Source of the DNA: a virus
Taxonomy: Duplodnaviria > Heunggongvirae > Uroviricota > Caudoviricetes
Length of the DNA stretch: 64,000 nt
Direction: 5' to 3' (one strand)
Virus record (IMG/VR): IMGVR_UViG_3300031920_000341
Location: 144,267 to 208,266 of that record
Shown: positions 60,152 to 64,000 of the stretch, piece after piece
Numbering within the stretch: the stretch's first letter is position 1
Layout: each line of letters opens with the position of its first letter
Position numbers and translations under genes: made by a program
The notes under the pieces: model-generated
The model's input: only the letters and a program-made list of their open reading frames with translations
Databases searched by the model: none
What the model was told of the DNA's origin: nothing

Positions 60152-60234
60152 GCCTCCTTGGCTCAGTGGTCGACAGCGCCTGCCTTGTAAGCAGGATTCT
60201 TAGGAACGCGTAGGTTCGAATCCTACAGGAGGCT
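60152..60234 (+). tRNA. type-II (long variable arm) tRNA with anticodon TGT (nominally Thr; Ser-like body)
   Basis: Perfect acceptor GCCTCCT/AGGAGGC, Ser-like D arm GCT-CAGTGGTCGAC-AGC, perfect anticodon stem CCTGC/GCAGG with loop CTTGTAA, 14-nt variable arm ATTCTTAGGAACGC, T arm GTAGG-TTCGAAT-CCTAC, discriminator U. Confidence 0.6.
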
Positions 60235-60442
60235 CACAAACCTTTAGTGTAGATTGATCGTCTTGCTATTGGGGCAATCTTTAGGGGTAGGAGACAACAG
60301 TATTGAATTCAGTTACTGAACGTATGGATTTCTGGTAAAACAAGAATGACAAAATTATGGACAGTACCGAGATTCACTTGATTTGGGAAGGAATCAGTAC
60401 AGTGTAAGTTTAAGGCTTACGTAGATTGCCAGCGCTAAAAAT

Positions 60443-60561
60443 GAAGGGGTAGCATTAGCTGGTTATGTTCAGGGACGTCTGATCACCCGGCTGGAAAGCA
60501 ACGCGAGTAGTACGCTTGCGCTTCTACGGAAGTGATGTTGGTTCGAGTCCGGCTCCCTTCA
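60443..60561 (+). ncRNA. 119-nt tRNA-like RNA with expanded central domain
   Basis: Acceptor GAAGGGG/TCCCTTC (extendable to 8 bp), D arm GCAT-TAGCTGGTT-ATGT, canonical T arm GTTGG-TTCGAGT-CCGGC. Between D and T arms lie ~67 nt forming at least two extra hairpins (GCAACGCG-AGUAGUA-CGCUUGC and CUUC-UACG-GAAG tetraloop); no standard 7-nt anticodon loop. Packed 5 nt upstream of tRNA-Lys. Confidence 0.4.
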
Positions 60562-60566
60562 CAAAT

Positions 60567-60640
60567 AGGCCCGTAGCTCAGTTGGTCAGAGCACCTGACT
60601 TTTAATCAGGGCGTCGAGGATTCGAATTCCTCCGGGCCTA
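60567..60640 (+). tRNA. tRNA-Lys (anticodon TTT)
   Basis: Perfect acceptor AGGCCCG/CGGGCCT, D arm GCTC-AGTTGGTCA-GAGC, anticodon stem CCTGA/TCAGG with loop CTTTTAA, T arm GAGGA-TTCGAAT-TCCTC. Confidence 0.85.
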
Positions 60641-60713
60641 CATGTTTTTATTTGTAAATCAGGTTCGATTATATTTTATTCGGCATAATTTAGATATATA
60701 AAAATAAAAGCAT

Positions 60714-61571
60714 ATGACATATACTGAAATATCTAAATTAGTAAAAAATGGTATAGAATACAATGATTTAGCTAATAAATTAAATATATCAATTGATGCA
60801 TTGTATAGTAGACTAAATAGACATGGTATTAAAAAACCAAAACAAAAAACTACAATAGATAAAATATGTTTAAATTGCGGTAAAAAATTTACGGTTAAAA
60901 TAAGTAGTGATAAAAAATATAATCATAAATTTTGCAATAAATCATGTTCTGCTACATATAATAATAAAAAAAGAGGTGCGCGATCAAAAGAAACAAAAGA
61001 AAAGATATCAAATTCATTAGCAAAGAATAATAAAATAATAAAAATATGTTTAAATTGCAGTAATGAATTTTTAACAAGAAATCATAAAAGAAAATTTTGT
61101 TCACGTACATGTTCAGATAAAGGAAGTAAAAAATTTGGTTGGATTAATATGCATAAGACAATGACATTTCAAAAATGGTCTGATATTAATAAAAAGGCAT
61201 ATGCTGAAGGTAGAAATTATGTAGCAGGAGGAACAACGAAATGGTATGATTATAAGAATATTAGAGTACAAGGAACTTATGAATTAAGAACATGTTATCT
61301 TTTAGATGAAATGAAAAGAATTTTTGTAATAAATGATTGGGAATATACAAATGATAGATTTAAATATTTAGATGTAGACAATAAGCAAAGAACATATTTA
61401 GTTGATTTTAAAATTTTTAATACAGATGGAACTTTTTATTATTTAGAAATAAAAGGTTATGAAAAAGATAATGATAAACTAAAGTGGCAAGCAGTACGTA
61501 ATAAAGGATATGAATTAATTGTTTGGTTTAATAAAGATATAATAAAAAATGAGAAAAAATATTTAAAATAA
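60714..61571 (+). CDS. zinc-ribbon protein with PD-(D/E)XK-like motif (homing-endonuclease-like), downstream of tRNA cluster
   Basis: Two CxxC...C(x)C zinc-ribbon units (CLNCGKKF...CNKSCS; CLNCSNEF...CSRTCSD) and C-terminal YLVDFKIFNTDGTFYYLEIKG resembling D...E.K; same architecture as 28437-29192. Confidence 0.35.
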   Translation: MTYTEISKLVKNGIEYNDLANKLNISIDALYSRLNRHGIKKPKQKTTIDKICLNCGKKFTVKISSDKKYNHKFCNKSCSATYNNKKRGARSKETKEKISNSLAKNNKIIKICLNCSNEFLTRNHKRKFCSRTCSDKGSKKFGWINMHKTMTFQKWSDINKKAYAEGRNYVAGGTTKWYDYKNIRVQGTYELRTCYLLDEMKRIFVINDWEYTNDRFKYLDVDNKQRTYLVDFKIFNTDGTFYYLEIKGYEKDNDKLKWQAVRNKGYELIVWFNKDIIKNEKKYLK

Positions 61572-61908
61572 AATCGTTCATTGTGCCCAGTGGTTGGGAA
61601 CGGGGCTGTCACCCTCGTAAAATTAACGGATCGTAACCGTTATGGACGGCAACATCAACGAAGATAGAGCAGAGACTCTTGACCCATCGTTCTGACTGGA
61701 CGGTGGGAACAAGTACATGTCGTGTGTATGATTGTGATAAGTTGTTATTTTTGATAAATAATAAGGGTTAATATATTATACTTTAAATATAAAAATCTGG
61801 TTTAGGGTTTAATATATTGCTCATTAAATTGTAAGTCGGTACCTGGCGTGCGTTGTTGCCGTCGACCTTCCGTTGTAGTTCATAGTCCTTCCCAGCAACG
61901 GGAGGTGG

Positions 61909-61944
61909 TACTTTTCGGTTTCATTTATAAATTGTATATTTGTA
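61909..61944 (+). promoter_or_regulatory. bipartite promoter-like element, copy 8 (TACTTTTCGGTTTCA-N11-TATATTTGTA)
   Basis: Upstream of micro-ORF 61972, at the 3' edge of a GC-rich structured island. Confidence 0.55.
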
Positions 61945-61971
61945 TCATACGAATTTTAAATTAACTAAAAA

Positions 61972-62091
61972 ATGAAATATACTTTATGTGACGAGATTTT
62001 AAGTGAATTAGGTGAGATAGAAAGATATGAAGATGTAAAAAAAGCAATGATGAATATGTTCTTTTTTGGACAAGTAGATGGTAGTAAATAA
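61972..62091 (+). CDS. hypothetical micro-protein (39 aa)
   Basis: MKYTLCDEILSELGEIERYEDVKKAMMNMFFFGQVDGSK; first ATG 28 nt after promoter-like element 61909-61944. Confidence 0.25.
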   Translation: MKYTLCDEILSELGEIERYEDVKKAMMNMFFFGQVDGSK

Positions 62092-62175
62092 TTTTTTATT
62101 GTTTATAACGTTACGAGGCTATGACCAGTAGCGGATTACAAAGAGATAAATTTTCAAACTAAAAGAATTTTTGAT

Positions 62176-62460
62176 ATGAGTACAAAACTTAAAAATACCA
62201 CTAAACCAGCTATTGGTTATGAGCCTGTGTTAGCAGCTTTTAAAAATGGGCGGCTAAAAGAGTGGTTCTATTTATTGCAAAACGGACACCCATTTCTATT
62301 GAAAGAAGAGGCTGATATAATTTTAGAAACAAGATTGAATGACAAAGCAAGTAAATGGATGAATGACATTCAAATACAGGTGTTAGTTAAAATGAGAGTG
62401 AAAGCAATGTATAAAAAGAAATACCCTGATGCAAAACGATGGTCGTTAGCCCATTTTTAA
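62176..62460 (+). CDS. hypothetical protein
   Basis: 94 aa. Confidence 0.35.
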   Translation: MSTKLKNTTKPAIGYEPVLAAFKNGRLKEWFYLLQNGHPFLLKEEADIILETRLNDKASKWMNDIQIQVLVKMRVKAMYKKKYPDAKRWSLAHF

Positions 62461-62522
62461 TTGCTGCTAACGTTTAGTATATGGTTAGTTTTTAGGCGAT
62501 TTAATAACGAAAAATAAATAAG

Positions 62523-62738
62523 ATGAAAGTAGTAGAAGAATTTGAATACCAAGGATATATGAGTCAAGAAGCACAGAAGTTTTTTGAAGGTAAATTAATT
62601 ACAGAAGAACGTGATGGATGTGCCGTAGTTGGAAGTTTTGTAAAGTTAGCAAATGGAAATACTCATTTGCCTTCAAAAAGCGACAAGTTTAAAAAGTATG
62701 AAAATGGTAGTGTAACGGTGACTTCAATTTACCGATAA
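62523..62738 (+). CDS. hypothetical protein
   Basis: 71 aa. Confidence 0.3.
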   Translation: MKVVEEFEYQGYMSQEAQKFFEGKLITEERDGCAVVGSFVKLANGNTHLPSKSDKFKKYENGSVTVTSIYR

Positions 62739-62931
62739 TGTTAGCCTAAAAATTAACTATATACAGTGTTGTAAAATCGTTTTAATGTTTTACAACGCTT
62801 AGTATATGATTTCGGTGGCGATTGATTGCAGAACTTTTCACATACCGACAAACTAATAAAACTGCACAGTGGTTCAAAAAGACACGCTAACGCTACTGAA
62901 TTATATACATTGTTAGGGTGCGTTTTTAATT

Positions 62932-63120
62932 ATGAAACATTTTGATAAAAAAGTGACTGAAATTATTGATGGTGCTAAATGCCCATTACCATTAGAGGTA
63001 ATACCCAACTATATGGGCATAAACTTAGTATCTGTTGAAAGTATTGAATGGAGTGAATTTGATGATGGGCAGATTGATAAGCTGACAATTAATTTTATAC
63101 CCGAAGTAAAGGGTGAATAA
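62932..63120 (+). CDS. hypothetical protein
   Basis: 62 aa. Confidence 0.3.
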   Translation: MKHFDKKVTEIIDGAKCPLPLEVIPNYMGINLVSVESIEWSEFDDGQIDKLTINFIPEVKGE

Positions 63121-63188
63121 CTAAAGTTTAGGGTGTATTACGAGTTAATGCACCCTAACGTTTAGAATATGAATTTTAAAATTACGAC

Positions 63189-63329
63189 ATGATAGGAATA
63201 GTAACATTAATAGGAACATTAACAGTGATAATTATTCATAGTGGATTGAAAGATATTACTATTGAATTGAGGTACAAAAACAAGTTGATAGAAGAACAAA
63301 ATGAAATATTAAAAACAGAACGTAAGTAA
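63189..63329 (+). CDS. hypothetical small membrane protein (46 aa)
   Basis: MIGIVTLIGTLTVIIIHSG... hydrophobic N-terminus then charged coil; follows hairpin/motif element 63128-63171. Confidence 0.25.
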   Translation: MIGIVTLIGTLTVIIIHSGLKDITIELRYKNKLIEEQNEILKTERK

Positions 63330-63486
63330 TTTTATTATTTATATTCTGTGTTAGGCAATCGTTTTAATGTTGCCCTAACGGTTTGTATAAGATTTGAAGG
63401 GCAAACCACTAATGATAATTAAGAGAGTAAAAGGCTATATTGCCCTTTTAATTTTATACTTTGTTATAGCCAGTTAATTATTAGAT

Positions 63487-63630
63487 ATGAAAATACCACA
63501 TGTACCAAAACACGACAGAGCAAACATATACGGATACAATAACAAGAAATGGTGTAAGTGCGAAAAATGTAAGGCACTAAGAGAACGCCATAAAAAGATA
63601 TATAAATGCCGATGGTTTAATTGGCTATAA
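63487..63630 (+). CDS. hypothetical Cys-rich micro-protein (47 aa)
   Basis: MKIPHVPKHDRANIYGYNNKKWCKCEKCKALRERHKKIYKCRWFNWL; end coordinate approximate. Confidence 0.2.
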   Translation: MKIPHVPKHDRANIYGYNNKKWCKCEKCKALRERHKKIYKCRWFNWL

Positions 63631-63686
63631 CGGTTTAGGTATGGCAATGTAATTTTACGAAAAAATAAGTACTAAAAAATAATAAG

Positions 63687-63998
63687 ATGAATTTAGCAGA
63701 AAAATATAAAGAATTAACAGGTAAAGATGCTATATATTATGATGGCATAGGTGATGCTTTAAGTAGTGATTATATAGATTGGCTGGAACAGTGTGCAGTA
63801 AAATTATTTGCTATACCTGTTGTTATTAACTGGGTGGCTGTTAAAGATGAAGTGCCGCCCGAAAGAATACCAATTATTATTTGGGGAAAAGGAACTATAT
63901 ATGAAGAATCAGTTTATACTAAAAAACACGGTTTTGCTGGCAGATTTGATTACGATGTTACCCATTGGACACTAATGCCTTCGCCACCTTGTTTATAA
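63687..63998 (+). CDS. hypothetical protein
   Basis: 103 aa, stop codon at window end. Confidence 0.35.
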   Translation: MNLAEKYKELTGKDAIYYDGIGDALSSDYIDWLEQCAVKLFAIPVVINWVAVKDEVPPERIPIIIWGKGTIYEESVYTKKHGFAGRFDYDVTHWTLMPSPPCL

Positions 63999-64000
63999 CG

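Noticed and set aside
60266-60561. Possibility that the region between the type-II tRNA and tRNA-Lys is a tmRNA
   Set aside because: No 5' segment complementary to the 3' acceptor strand outside the local 119-nt element. No tag-peptide reading frame ending in a typical ...ALAA-stop. The total length (~296 nt) is short and the 5' end lacks the GGGG...GGAUUCGAC tRNA-like signature
1-64000. CRISPR arrays, integrase/attP, reverse transcriptase/DGR, toxin-antitoxin pairs
   Set aside because: No regularly spaced direct repeats with unique spacers, no tyrosine/serine recombinase motifs, and no RT (YxDD) motif were seen in any frame. The fibre-gene repeats are intragenic in-frame duplications, not DGR template/variable repeats

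Overview
This window is a contiguous, almost entirely plus-strand stretch of a strongly AT-rich, virulent-looking tailed bacteriophage genome. Shine-Dalgarno sequences are absent, and the recurring -7-like box TAnnTTTG suggests a Bacteroidota host. Gene order runs: (1) three giant modular tail fibres (1-10387, the first cut by the window edge) with a beta-helix tailspike-like gene; (2) the packaging and lysis region (terminase large subunit, Amidase_3 endolysin) plus a phage-encoded ECF-type sigma factor; (3) a tail module ending in a probable tape measure protein with 4 x 174-bp tandem repeats; (4) large structural/unknown proteins; (5) a short minus-strand three-gene cassette (30208-32147) followed by plus-strand small genes and an SPFH protein; (6) a nucleotide-metabolism and nucleic-acid-processing region: ThyA, MazG, HAD phosphatase, PTH2 peptidyl-tRNA hydrolase, Dam methylase, radical-SAM-like protein, dCMP deaminase, a dNMP-kinase::DHFR fusion, DHH phosphoesterase, NUDIX, ThyI-like PP-loop ATPase. 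These are interleaved with tRNA genes and homing-endonuclease-like genes (HNH; zinc-ribbon/PD-(D/E)XK); (7) a tRNA cluster at 59947-60640 containing canonical tRNAs, a type-II tRNA with a UGU anticodon and a 119-nt tRNA-like element with an expanded central domain; (8) a terminal region of very small genes separated by conserved hairpin and motif elements. The most striking non-coding signal is a 36-bp bipartite promoter-like element (TACTTTTCTGTTTCA-N11-TATATTTGTA) present in 8 copies at fixed spacing. No CRISPR array, integrase or reverse transcriptase was found. All calls are from reading the sequence by eye and motif recognition; no database search was run.
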